DNA from: Roseibium sp.
GTDB lineage: Bacteria; Pseudomonadota; Alphaproteobacteria; Rhizobiales; Stappiaceae
DNA: 64,000 nt
Direction of reading: 5' to 3'
NCBI GenBank assembly: GCA_050289605.1
Contig: JBNKGB010000006.1
Coordinates: 9,167-73,166, forward strand
A program made the translations under genes and the position numbers. Below the pieces are notes generated by a model. That model ran no database searches. It was not told where the DNA came from and saw only the letters and a program-made list of their open reading frames with translations. Shown here piece by piece: positions 1 through 11,141 of the stretch (position 1 is its first letter; the number at the start of each line of letters is the position of its first letter).

Positions 1-238
1 AGTCCGGGATCCTGATCGCCCCTGACCGCAATTCCCGGCTCGACCAGACGACAGGCGCCGCCAATTCGGATGCGAACAAAGGCCTCCGCCGGCGCCTGAC
101 GCGGCTGGCCGGGCGTGCGCAGCGAAGGAACAGGTCGATTGTGACCTTCGTCACTGAACTGCAACTTCACATTCCCTAAGGTTATCTTCGACATCCGCAA
201 CTTGATTTCCGCGCACGCCCAAACTGGAGGAGCGCAGA

Positions 239-1144
239 ATGTCGGTGAGTAATCGCAATCGGGCCAGACCCGACAGATCCCTTTTCCTTCAGGATTCCTT
301 TCGCAACGAAGGCGGATATTCACCCGTTTTTTCCCGCGAGGACATGCTTGCGAAATGGATGACGGCCCGGGTCGAAACGACCCTTATGAAAGGTATGCGC
401 GCACTCGGTCACTGTTACCTGCAGGACGCCGCTTTTCCTCAGCTGTCCGTTGGCGGCGCCCGTTATCAACGCAACACCGGCGACAGCGGTCGCGTTCGGA
501 TCGGTGCCATTTCCTATCTAACGGGAACTCAGGCCGCCCATCTGGGCCTCGGATCTTTCCGGACGCATGGCAGGCACGTGTCCGACCGGTCCCGGGAAGC
601 ATTTTCGACCCTTAGGGAAAAACTCGGTATTCCGGAAAAGGACATTCAGGGCGCCCTTCCCGACAACACGCTCTGGCTCGGCGCCATTCAGGCGGCGGAA
701 TCGGCAACATGGATCCAGGCGGCCTTCATCAATCAGGTCGAGGCGAAGATCGAACGACTGCTGCACAAGGAGCTGGGCGCAGTCATGCCGGCCAACGTGC
801 CGACGTCGGCAGGCGAATTCCGACAGCTCCTGCAGACGGCCGCGCTGCGGATATTTGATACCGCGTGCAATCCCCAACTGCACAAGAACCGCATAAACCG
901 GGTTTCCAAAGGCGAGCTCAAGCAGGTGCTGCAGTATCCGAAAGACACCGATCCGGCGAACCTGATTTTTGACGGCCAGGGTCTTGTCTATCTGGATAAG
1001 GCACTCGAACAGATGGAAAGCGCGAACAGCGAATTCACGGCCTTGGCAAACACGTTGAAGCTGAGAATTCCGGCCATGGCGGACGAAACGATCGACATGG
1101 TCATGGCAGCAAAGACGGAGGCGCAGCAGGCAGCAGGCCTGTAA
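239..1144 (+). CDS. hypothetical protein (301 aa, no family recognised)
   Basis: Long ORF with GGAGG Shine-Dalgarno just upstream of the ATG; no motif recognised. Confidence 0.55.
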   Translation: MSVSNRNRARPDRSLFLQDSFRNEGGYSPVFSREDMLAKWMTARVETTLMKGMRALGHCYLQDAAFPQLSVGGARYQRNTGDSGRVRIGAISYLTGTQAAHLGLGSFRTHGRHVSDRSREAFSTLREKLGIPEKDIQGALPDNTLWLGAIQAAESATWIQAAFINQVEAKIERLLHKELGAVMPANVPTSAGEFRQLLQTAALRIFDTACNPQLHKNRINRVSKGELKQVLQYPKDTDPANLIFDGQGLVYLDKALEQMESANSEFTALANTLKLRIPAMADETIDMVMAAKTEAQQAAGL

Positions 1145-1403
1145 CCGGCAAGGGAGCGTTTCTTTCCAAATCGCGCAACTTGTCCGCGATCCCTGCCGCC
1201 ACTGAAGGCGGGGTCAAGACGCTTGCCGACATGTCGATATTGCCGCGCAAAAAGGAATTGCGGCAACGCAGCAAATACGTTAGGCGGAGGGCATCTTCAC
1301 GTTCAGGGTGCCGATGCCTCGACTGCCCCTCCTCCGGCAGAAAAGGCTAACCTCCCGGCAGCCTGAATCACCTGCCCTCGATCTCAAGATCCGGAGTTCA
1401 GAC

Positions 1404-1946
1404 ATGCTCGGCAAAAAAGTTCCCTTTGTTACCTTCCGCACCCGCGTTCGCGACGAATCCATCGAAGGCCCGAACCCGTTCCGTTGGGAAGACAAGACCA
1501 GCGACGACTACTTCAAGGGCAAGAAGGTCGTTCTGTTCTCCCTGCCGGGCGCCTTCACGCCGACCTGCTCGACCTTCCAGCTGCCGGATTTCGAAAAGCT
1601 CTACGAAGAGTTCAAGGCCGAAGGTATCGACGAGATCTACTGCATCTCCGTCAACGACGCTTTCGTGATGAACGCCTGGGCGAAGGCCCAGGGTATCGAC
1701 AACGTCAAGGCTATCCCGGACGGTTCGGGCGAATTCACCCGCAAGATGGGCATGCTGGTCGCCAAGGACAATCTCGGCTTCGGCATGCGTTCCTGGCGCT
1801 ATGGCGCCATCGTCAACGACGGCGTCGTCGAACAGTGGTTCGAGGAAGAAGGCTTCTCCGACAACTGCGAGAGCGATCCCTACGGCATCTCCTCCCCGCA
1901 GAACATCCTGGAAAAGCTGCGTGCCTCCAAGGTTGAAGCGGCCTAA
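1404..1946 (+). CDS. peroxiredoxin (Prx5/redoxin family)
   Basis: PGAFTPTCS peroxidatic motif, SVNDAFVM and RSWRY; start placed at ATG 1404 (MLGKK) after a GGAG. Confidence 0.93.
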   Translation: MLGKKVPFVTFRTRVRDESIEGPNPFRWEDKTSDDYFKGKKVVLFSLPGAFTPTCSTFQLPDFEKLYEEFKAEGIDEIYCISVNDAFVMNAWAKAQGIDNVKAIPDGSGEFTRKMGMLVAKDNLGFGMRSWRYGAIVNDGVVEQWFEEEGFSDNCESDPYGISSPQNILEKLRASKVEAA

Positions 1947-1965
1947 GCTTCCCAGGCCTCAAATG

Positions 1966-1999
1966 AAAAGCCCCGGATCGCCGATCCGGGGCTTTTTTT
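1966..1999. terminator. bidirectional intrinsic terminator between the peroxiredoxin and cydX
   Basis: AAAAGCCCCGGATCG / CGATCCGGGGCTTTT perfect hairpin with A and T tracts on either side. Confidence 0.85.
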
Positions 2000-2117
2000 A
2001 TCGGCCCTGTTTCCGGCCCATGTTTTCGTCATCCTCCCGAAGTTCCAGCCACATGGCGTTCAGGATGGCGAGACAACAGGCCAGCGGCATTCCGAGAACC
2101 CAGGCAAAATACCACAT
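1998..2117 (-). CDS. cydX: cytochrome bd-I oxidase small subunit CydX (39 aa; not in the ORF track)
   Basis: Hand translation MWYFAWVLGMPLACCLAILNAMWLELREDDENMGRKQGR; the MWYFAWxLG N-terminus is diagnostic; GGAGG RBS; directly downstream of cydB. Confidence 0.92.
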   Translation of the reverse strand: MWYFAWVLGMPLACCLAILNAMWLELREDDENMGRKQGR

Positions 2118-2129
2118 CCGAATTCCTCC

Positions 2130-3287
2130 TCAGTATGCCGTGTGGTTGTCCCGTTCGATGGTTTCCTCGTCCACCTTGCCCCACAGGACCTTGTAGACCC
2201 AGGCCGTATAGGCCAGCACGCAGGGCAGCAGGAGCACCGTTGCAACCAGCATGTGGAACAGCGTCTGATGGCTGGAGGAAGCGTCCCAGACCGTCAGGCT
2301 TGCTTCGGGCTGCACCGAGGACGGCAGGATGAAGGGGAACATGGAAACCCCGACCGTGGAGATGATGCCGAAGACGGCCGACTGGGAAAAGACGAAGATC
2401 AGCTTTTCGAGGCGCGTCTGCAACAGCACCAGCGTTCCCGCAAGACCGATGAAACCGAATGCCGGCGCCAGCCAGAGCAGCGGGTGAATACCGTAGTTGC
2501 GCATCCACGCACCGCCTTCGACTATTGCCTGTTTGGCGAGTGGATTGGCCTGCATGTTCGGGTCGACCTCCGACGTGATGCGGAAGCCTTCGACATAGCC
2601 GCTTGAGACCAGATAGCCGCCAAGCGCGAACAACAGAAGACCAAGCCCCGCCGAAATCGTGCCGAAGCGGCGCGCGCGACGGGCGATGTCCCCCGTTGCC
2701 CGCATGGTCAGCCAGACGGCACCGTGCGTGACCAGCATGGCGACCGAGAGCAGTCCGCATAGCAGCGAGAATGGCGAGAACAGGCCGAAGAACGAGCCCT
2801 CGTAGGTCATCCTGAGATCGAGATCGAGCCGGAAAGGCACGCCCTGGAGAACGTTCCCGACCGCAACGCCGAACACCAGCGCCGGAACGAAGGAACCGGT
2901 GAAGAGGGCCCAGTCCCAGGCATTGCGCCAGGAGGGATCGGGCCGCTTGGAACGGTATTTGAAGGCGACCGGCCTCAGGATCATGGCGGCGAGCACCACG
3001 AACATCGCCAGATAGAAGCCGGAAAAACTGACCGCGTAGAGCGGCGGCCAGGCAGCGAAGATCGCCCCGCCCCCGAGAATGAACCAGACCTGGTTGCCTT
3101 CCCAGGTCGGGCCGATGGTGTTGATCACGACCCGCCGCTCGATATCGCTTTCGGCGATGAATGGCAGCAGCACGCCCACCCCCATGTCGAACCCGTCCAT
3201 GACCGCGAAGCCGATCAGCAGCACACCGAGCAGAAGCCACCAGATCATCTTGAGCGTCGCGTAGTCGATCAATTCATAAAGAACCAT
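2130..3287 (-). CDS. cydB: cytochrome bd ubiquinol oxidase subunit II
   Basis: DGFDMGVG and PTWEGNQVW motifs; polytopic membrane protein downstream of cydA. Confidence 0.95.
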   Translation of the reverse strand: MVLYELIDYATLKMIWWLLLGVLLIGFAVMDGFDMGVGVLLPFIAESDIERRVVINTIGPTWEGNQVWFILGGGAIFAAWPPLYAVSFSGFYLAMFVVLAAMILRPVAFKYRSKRPDPSWRNAWDWALFTGSFVPALVFGVAVGNVLQGVPFRLDLDLRMTYEGSFFGLFSPFSLLCGLLSVAMLVTHGAVWLTMRATGDIARRARRFGTISAGLGLLLFALGGYLVSSGYVEGFRITSEVDPNMQANPLAKQAIVEGGAWMRNYGIHPLLWLAPAFGFIGLAGTLVLLQTRLEKLIFVFSQSAVFGIISTVGVSMFPFILPSSVQPEASLTVWDASSSHQTLFHMLVATVLLLPCVLAYTAWVYKVLWGKVDEETIERDNHTAY

Positions 3288-3292
3288 GAGTG

Positions 3293-4897
3293 TCACTCCG
3301 CCGGAACATGAACGGAACCGGACACGGGTCGGGCAGCGTCCGAGGATCCGGGATCGAAGGAACTGCCGTCGTCGGGGCCGATCTTGATGTATTTGAGCAT
3401 AAGCGCGACCTCGATCACCAGGAGCGTACTGTAGAGTGCGACGAAACCGGCAAACGTCAGCAGGATTTCACCAAAGGAAAGACTGGAAACCCCGGCGGAT
3501 GTCGGCAGCATGCTCTCGATGATCCAGGGTTGGCGGCCATATTCGGCGACGATCCAGCCCATCTCGCAGGCGAGCCAGGGCAGCGGGATGGAAAGCACCG
3601 CGATCTGCAGGAGCCATCGGCGCCTTTCCCTCAGATGGTCGAGCTTTCCGGCGGAGGAATAATAGAAGAAGACCGCTGTCGCCAGGATGAAGAAAAAGCC
3701 GCAGGCGACCATGATCCGGAAGGAATAGAACATCGGAAAGACGTTCGGCACGGACGACCATGCGGCTTCGTCGATCTGCTCCGGCGTCGCTTCCAGCGGA
3801 TTGGACGCATAGGGCAACAGCAGATAGGCGTAGCCGAGCGAGCCCGACGTCTTCCTGAAGGTCTCGCGGACGTCGTCGGCGACGTCTTGCGGATTGGCGC
3901 GGATCTTCTGAAGCGCGTCCCAGGCGATCACTCCCTGGTGGATCCGTTCCTTGGACTGTTCCACGAGGTCCTTGATCCCGGGAATGACCGTGTCGAGAGA
4001 GCGTGTCGCCAGCAGGCCCATCACGTAAGGAACCTCGATCGCAAAGAGGTTTTCGCGCTTCTTCATGTCCGGCCAGGCTACCACGTTGAAGGACGCCGGT
4101 GCCGGCTCCGTCTCCCACATGGCCTCGATTGTGGCGAGCTTCATCTTCTGGTTCAGGTTGGCCTCGTAGCCGCTTTCATCGCCGAGCACGACCACCGACA
4201 GCGCGGAGGCAAAACCGAAGGCGGAGGCGACGGTCATGGAGCGTCTGGCGATCTCAAGATGACGTCCGCGCAGCATGTACCATGCGGAGATGCCAAGAAC
4301 GAACATGGAGGCCGTGACATAGCCTGCCGAGACCGTGTGAACGAATTTGGCCTGCGCCACCGGATTGAACAGGACGTCATAGAAGCTTGAGACTTCCATG
4401 CGCATGGTGTCGGGATTGAAGACGGCGCCGACCGGATGCTGCATCCAGCCGTTGGCGATCAGGATCCAGAGGGCGGAGAGATTGGTACCGATCGCCACAG
4501 CCCAGGTGGCGGCCAGATGCTGGCGCCTGGACATCCTGTCCCAGCCGAAGAAGAACAGCCCCACGAAGGTCGCTTCCAGGAAAAAGGCCATCAATCCTTC
4601 GATGGCGAGCGGAGCCCCGAAGACGTCGCCGACATACTGGCTGAAATAGGCCCAGTTCATGCCGAACTGGAATTCCATGGTCAGGCCAGTCGCAACGCCG
4701 AGGACGAAGTTGATCCCGAACAGCGTGCCCCAGAACTTGACCATACGCTTCCAGACTTCGCGACCGGTCATGACATAGACCGTTTCCATGGTCGCGAGCA
4801 GTATGGAAAGCCCGAGGGTCAAGGGCACGAACAGGAAATGGTAGAGCGCTGTCATGGCGAATTGCAGCCTGGACAGATCGACGACGTCGAATTCCAT
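3293..4897 (-). CDS. cydA: cytochrome bd ubiquinol oxidase subunit I (long Q-loop)
   Basis: LSRLQFAMTALYHFLFVP, EFQFGMNW, ANGWMQHP and GWIVAEYGRQPW motifs. Confidence 0.96.
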   Translation of the reverse strand: MEFDVVDLSRLQFAMTALYHFLFVPLTLGLSILLATMETVYVMTGREVWKRMVKFWGTLFGINFVLGVATGLTMEFQFGMNWAYFSQYVGDVFGAPLAIEGLMAFFLEATFVGLFFFGWDRMSRRQHLAATWAVAIGTNLSALWILIANGWMQHPVGAVFNPDTMRMEVSSFYDVLFNPVAQAKFVHTVSAGYVTASMFVLGISAWYMLRGRHLEIARRSMTVASAFGFASALSVVVLGDESGYEANLNQKMKLATIEAMWETEPAPASFNVVAWPDMKKRENLFAIEVPYVMGLLATRSLDTVIPGIKDLVEQSKERIHQGVIAWDALQKIRANPQDVADDVRETFRKTSGSLGYAYLLLPYASNPLEATPEQIDEAAWSSVPNVFPMFYSFRIMVACGFFFILATAVFFYYSSAGKLDHLRERRRWLLQIAVLSIPLPWLACEMGWIVAEYGRQPWIIESMLPTSAGVSSLSFGEILLTFAGFVALYSTLLVIEVALMLKYIKIGPDDGSSFDPGSSDAARPVSGSVHVPAE

Positions 4898-5193
4898 CGT
4901 ATTCCCCCTTTTCAAGCCGGATGAGACTTGAGCGTGTAGTCGGAGCTATGCGCAGCTCCGGCGGGAAAACTCATATGCCGATGCGGCTTACTTTATGCAG
5001 GTTGCGCCACGTACCGGAAGAAGAAGAATTCCAAAATGCAAACCGGCCTGAAATATGAATCGTCACCGCGGCAATCGTGGCCCAGTGTTCCTTCAAGGTC
5101 AATGCGGCAGAACCGGTCAAACGGCCGCAAGATCTCCAAATCTCTTAAACAAGGCATTGAAAGTTATCACTTTCCTCCCGTCCCCACCGGCAG

Positions 5194-6855
5194 TTACCGC
5201 GACAGGTCGGGCAGATGGAGTATGCGTTCGGCCGCATCGAGCTCAAGCCGCTTGTGCGAGATCATCAGCACCGAGGCGCCGGCCCTGTACTTGAGAAACC
5301 GTGTCAGCACGTCCGCAGCTGTCTTGGCGTCGAGCCCTTCGGTCATTTCGTCCAGTATGAAAAGGTCCGGTCGCGTCAGGAATGCCCGGGCGAGCGCCAG
5401 CCGGCGCTGTTCGCCTCCGGACAGGCCGAGCCCGCCCTCGCCCAGCATCGTATCCAGGCCCTTTCCGCCCGCAGATATCCGGTCGGAGAGCGCGGCATGG
5501 TCCAGTGCGTCCCAAAGGTCCTGTTCGCTCGCCCCGGGGTCGGCAATTCGCAAGTTGGCGGCGACGGTGTCGTTGAAGAGATAGGGCCGCTGCCCCAGCA
5601 CCGTGACCGACCGACGCAGGTCCGCTTCGGCAATCTGCCGGATGTCCCACCCCCTCAGCCGGATCCGGCCCTGATCTGCGAAAACCAGACGCGAGGCAAG
5701 TGCGGAGACTGTGCTCTTGCCGCAGCCTGAACGTCCTGCAATTGCAACCACCTCACCCGGTGCAACGGTGAAGGAAACGTGTTCCAGGACGTTCCGGTGT
5801 GCCCCGCTGTAGCGGAAGGACACGTCGTCGAACATCAGGACGGATTTCTCCTCACAATCGCTCCCGTGACCGTGGTTGCTGTCGTTGAATACATGTTCCG
5901 CCGCGCCGTCAGTCATCAGGCTTTCGATGCGCCCCGCGGCCAGCGCGACCCGCGACAGCTTGCCAAGACCCGGCAACAGCATGGAAAAGACTTCCGGCAA
6001 GGCCACAACAACCAGAACCAGACCGACAGCGAATGCGGGTCCGTGTCCACCCGGGGAGCTCAAGATTCCCACCCCCAGAACGGCGGCCAGGAAGAGCTGC
6101 CCGATCAGGGTGGAGGCAGCGGTCAACCGGATGACACGGTTTTCCTCCTGTTCTTCCGCCAGAGCCAGGCGCTCGTCCGCTGCCAGAACGGTTTTTGCCG
6201 CATCGTCCAGCCCGCCGTAGATCGCGAGATCGCGCCGCCCGGCGACGAGATCGGTCGCACGCACCCGCATGGCATCCAGCGCGGCGTCGGCCCGCCGGGC
6301 GGTCCGCTTGTCCCGGCGGGAAAAAGACAGCCACGCGAGTCCGGCCCAGGCTGACAGGAAGACAAGTCCCGTCAGAAACACCGGAAGGGTGACTGTCCAC
6401 CAGACCCAAAGGAGGACAGCCGCGACGGTGACCGCAACCGCAATCGGCACCACAAGGCGGAGATAAACCGTGTCGAGCGCTGCAATGTCCAGCGTCAGGC
6501 GGTTCAGGACCAGCCCGGACCGCTGCCCGCGCCGTCGGCTTGACACGAAGGCCGCAAACAACCTGTCCCGCATTGCCGCCAGAAACCGGAACGTGGCGTC
6601 GTGTGTGAGCATGCGTTCGCCGTAGCGGCCACCGGTCCTGACGATCGCAAGCGCGCGAATGACCGCACTCGGGGTGAAGATGTTCAGAACCACCACGCCA
6701 AGTCCGGCCAGAGCCGCCGCGCTGATGAACCAGCCCGAAACGCCGAGCAGCAGAATGCCCGCCATTGCAGGAAGAATGGCGGCGGCGATACCGAGCCAGA
6801 AGTAAAACCTGTTCTCCCGGTGCTGCGCCGCTATGAGTGCAAGAACCGCCTTCAT
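5194..6855 (-). CDS. cydC: thiol/heme ABC exporter subunit CydC
   Basis: RYGERMLTHDATFR signature; Walker A GRSGCGKS; LSGGEQRR. Confidence 0.92.
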   Translation of the reverse strand: MKAVLALIAAQHRENRFYFWLGIAAAILPAMAGILLLGVSGWFISAAALAGLGVVVLNIFTPSAVIRALAIVRTGGRYGERMLTHDATFRFLAAMRDRLFAAFVSSRRRGQRSGLVLNRLTLDIAALDTVYLRLVVPIAVAVTVAAVLLWVWWTVTLPVFLTGLVFLSAWAGLAWLSFSRRDKRTARRADAALDAMRVRATDLVAGRRDLAIYGGLDDAAKTVLAADERLALAEEQEENRVIRLTAASTLIGQLFLAAVLGVGILSSPGGHGPAFAVGLVLVVVALPEVFSMLLPGLGKLSRVALAAGRIESLMTDGAAEHVFNDSNHGHGSDCEEKSVLMFDDVSFRYSGAHRNVLEHVSFTVAPGEVVAIAGRSGCGKSTVSALASRLVFADQGRIRLRGWDIRQIAEADLRRSVTVLGQRPYLFNDTVAANLRIADPGASEQDLWDALDHAALSDRISAGGKGLDTMLGEGGLGLSGGEQRRLALARAFLTRPDLFILDEMTEGLDAKTAADVLTRFLKYRAGASVLMISHKRLELDAAERILHLPDLSR

Positions 6856-8666
6856 GCGCCGACGGCCTCCCGTGCCATGTCTCCTCGGGTCGACAGATCG
6901 ATCTGCCTGCCGGGCACTTTCGCAACAAGAGCCGGATTATGGGTCGCGATGAGGGCGGTTCGGCTGTGAGACAGCTCGGTCAAGCCACGAATGACGTCGC
7001 TGGCGGTTTCTTCATCGAGCCCCGCTGTCGGCTCGTCCGCGAGAAGCAGAACCGCCGACTTGCGGAGAGCCGCCCGGGCAAGCGCGACCCGCCGGATCTC
7101 GCCAACAGAAAGCCCGAACCCGTCTTCCCCAAGAGGGGTTGAAAGGCCGTTCGGCAATCGCTGGACGAGTGCCGTTGCCCCGGCAAGTTCCAGTGCAGCC
7201 CACAGGTCTTCGTCGGTTACCGCCGCCCGATCCGTGACGCCCTTCAGCAGATTGAACTTCAGACTGCCGTGAAACAGCCTTGGCGACTGGCTCAGCCAGA
7301 TGACATTGCGGCGCAATTGCCCAGCCGTTTCCAGGACGGGCCGGCCATTTACATGGACCTCGCCCTTCCCCAGTGTGTGAAATCCGAGAATACAGTCCAG
7401 AAGTGTCGTCTTACCGCTGCCGCTGGCGCCTTGCAGGAGAACGGTCTCACCCGGGGCGATGTCGAGATCGAAGCCGTCGAGGATCCTGCGGTCGCCCAGG
7501 TCGAGCGTCGCCTTCCGGAACCGGATGACAGGTGGTGCCGACAGGACATCCGCCGCCCCGGAACAGTCGTCCGAAATCGGATCGTGACGGCGTTCGCCAG
7601 CACCGATGTCCGCCATCAGCCTTGCCAGCTTTTCCTGCGCGGCCAGCCCGCCGGCCCTGTCGTGATAGGCGGCGGCATAACCCCTGAGCGGGGCGAAGAA
7701 TTCGGGTGCGAGCAGCAGTATGAAAAGGCCGGACGTATAGGAGAGCGGCGAGCCCCAGGTGCCGGCGCTGACATCGCCCAGCAGGGAGAAGCCGACATAG
7801 ACCGCACTGAAGGCAATGCCGAGCGCAGAAAAGAGTTCGAGCGCCGTCGAGGACAGAAACGCGATTTTCAGGACCTTCATGGTGCCTTGACGAAAGGTTT
7901 CGCCGGCCTCGTGAATGTCCCTTTTCGTGCGTTCGGCAGCCCCGAAGAGCACAAGTGTCTCTAGGCCGCGGATGCGGTCCATTAGAACACCACTCAATCT
8001 CGCCAGCTCCTCTTGCTGGTTCCGGCTGGCTGCCTTTGCCCGGATGCCGATGAGAGCCATGAAGACGGGGATGAGCGGCCCGCAGACGATGAGGATCAGC
8101 GCAGCCATCCAGCTGATGGACAGGGTTGCCAGCACGATCCCCGCGGGCACCAGCCTCAAGCGCACGAGTTGCGGCACGAAATTCCGGTAGTAGGGACCGA
8201 GCATGTCCACCTGCTCGGTGATCTGGGCGGCGAAGACACCCGACGAGGGAAACCCGGCCGCAGGCGACCGGCGAACTGCTGCGGACAGAATGTCCGCCCT
8301 CGCCCGGCTCTGGATCGCGCGTGCGATCCGGCGGGCGTCGGTTTGCCCCTTCATCTGAAGGAGCGCCCTCAAAACCGCCAGAAGGCTCAGCCCGGCCAGT
8401 GCCGACAGAACGGGCGCCGTGGCAAAAAGTCCGGCGGTCCCTTCGCTCTGCGGACCAGCGAATTCCGACAGAAATGCACCAAGCGCCAGGGCAAGAAAAC
8501 CGGCTTGCGGGATCCACAAAAGATCGGAAAGGCCCAGCATGTAGCCAGCGCGTCGAAGCGCCCCCTTTTCACTGGTATCCGGCAGCCCGATATCGCGGGT
8601 TTCCGCCCGCTCCGGATCGACAGACCTCTTCGAGCAACCGCGTTTTGAAACGTCGTTTTTTTTCAT
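6852..8666 (-). CDS. cydD: thiol/heme ABC exporter subunit CydD (start uncertain)
   Basis: IAFLSSTALE and LLLAPEFFAPLR..YHDR motifs; Walker A GASGSGKT; stop overlaps the cydC start. Confidence 0.9.
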   Translation of the reverse strand: MKKNDVSKRGCSKRSVDPERAETRDIGLPDTSEKGALRRAGYMLGLSDLLWIPQAGFLALALGAFLSEFAGPQSEGTAGLFATAPVLSALAGLSLLAVLRALLQMKGQTDARRIARAIQSRARADILSAAVRRSPAAGFPSSGVFAAQITEQVDMLGPYYRNFVPQLVRLRLVPAGIVLATLSISWMAALILIVCGPLIPVFMALIGIRAKAASRNQQEELARLSGVLMDRIRGLETLVLFGAAERTKRDIHEAGETFRQGTMKVLKIAFLSSTALELFSALGIAFSAVYVGFSLLGDVSAGTWGSPLSYTSGLFILLLAPEFFAPLRGYAAAYHDRAGGLAAQEKLARLMADIGAGERRHDPISDDCSGAADVLSAPPVIRFRKATLDLGDRRILDGFDLDIAPGETVLLQGASGSGKTTLLDCILGFHTLGKGEVHVNGRPVLETAGQLRRNVIWLSQSPRLFHGSLKFNLLKGVTDRAAVTDEDLWAALELAGATALVQRLPNGLSTPLGEDGFGLSVGEIRRVALARAALRKSAVLLLADEPTAGLDEETASDVIRGLTELSHSRTALIATHNPALVAKVPGRQIDLSTRGDMAREAVGA

Positions 8667-8702
8667 CCGGACCCTGATGTCGCGCCTCCCTCGCGAATTC
8701 AA

Positions 8703-8717
8703 GCGGCAGATTGCCAC
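8703..8717. promoter_or_regulatory. candidate RegA/RegR (PrrA) binding site upstream of cydD
   Basis: GCGGCAGATTGCCAC fits the recalled RegA consensus G(C/T)G(G/C)(G/C)(G/A)NN(T/A)(T/A)NNC(G/A)C, but the motif is degenerate and GC-rich. Confidence 0.35.
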
Positions 8718-8886
8718 GGCCGGCATCCGGACGCTGGGGCCGGTCCGCCATTCCCAATCAACTACAGGTAATGCGGGGTATTCACAAGAAGCGAAAGCCT
8801 CCTGAAACGCTCCTGACGGAAGGATGTCAGGAGCCCTGTGCAATGACTGCTCCCGGAACAAATCTTGTGTGAATAAGGAGATCCGG

Positions 8887-9204
8887 ATGAGCCAGCCCTG
8901 CCTCGAACTCGTGGTGTTCAAGATCAAGGACCCCGAAAAAGCCCGCCTTGCCCGAAGGGCGGCGCAGGAAACGGTGAAGACCTATGACGGCTTTCTTTCC
9001 TGGACGGCCTACGAAGCGTACGAAGAGGAAAACCTGTTCGCCGATGTCGTCATGTGGCGGGATCTGGCTTCAGCGAGGGCCGCCGGCGAGAAAGTCATGA
9101 AAGACCCCGCTTTCGCCGCCATCATGGCGGAAATCGACGGACTTGTGACGATGGCCCACTACCGTGCCGACAGGATTGTGGAAGCGGACACGAAAGCGGC
9201 CTGA
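8887..9204 (+). CDS. small dimeric alpha/beta-barrel (ABM-like) hypothetical protein
   Basis: AAGGAG RBS; ELVVFKIK...GFLSW...FADVVMWRDLASA pattern. Confidence 0.65.
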   Translation: MSQPCLELVVFKIKDPEKARLARRAAQETVKTYDGFLSWTAYEAYEEENLFADVVMWRDLASARAAGEKVMKDPAFAAIMAEIDGLVTMAHYRADRIVEADTKAA

Positions 9205-9242
9205 GCCGGGACCTTGCCAGACCGGCATGCGCCAAAGAAACA

Positions 9243-9270
9243 GAAAGGCGGCGCATCTGCGCCGCCTTTC
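9243..9270. terminator. intrinsic terminator hairpin between convergent genes
   Basis: GAAAGGCGGCGCA-TC-TGCGCCGCCTTTC perfect inverted repeat. Confidence 0.75.
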
Positions 9271-9305
9271 CGGACTGTGGCCAGTCTAGGGATCATGTCC
9301 CCGGC

Positions 9306-10805
<1,500 letters not shown>

Positions 10806-11000
10806 GTCGCGTTTCTCCCGTGATGTCCTGACACGCACCGCTTGGGTGGTCTTGTCCGGAATTAAGTGATGTCTTTTTGACTTTTATTTTTGCCGCAAAC
10901 AAGAACCAGAAATCCGGATCTGTTGTGCATTTTTTATAGTTATGGCAAATGAATAGGGTTCGTGAAAATCAACACTGCGACAACGATAGGTCCAATCCCC

Positions 11001-11125
11001 TCTCCTTGTCATCCCGGCCGCAGTGAATCGGAGAGCCGGGATCCAGTACTCCGCAGCTACTGTACCTCCGTTTTCAGGCCTCGGTTACCGGATCCCGCCT
11101 TCGCGGGAAAGACAAGAAGGGAGAC
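11001..11125. repeat. miniature palindromic repeat element (REP/RPE-like)
   Basis: CTTGTC...GACAAG terminal inverted repeat enclosing the ATCCCGGC..GCCGGGAT and CCCGC-CTTC-GCGGG hairpins and two GGATCC sites. Confidence 0.7.
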
Positions 11126-11141
11126 CGGAAAGCAAATCCAA

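Noticed and set aside
1-179. Open frame at the window start
   Set aside because: Truncated and without motifs; a CDS call cannot be supported.
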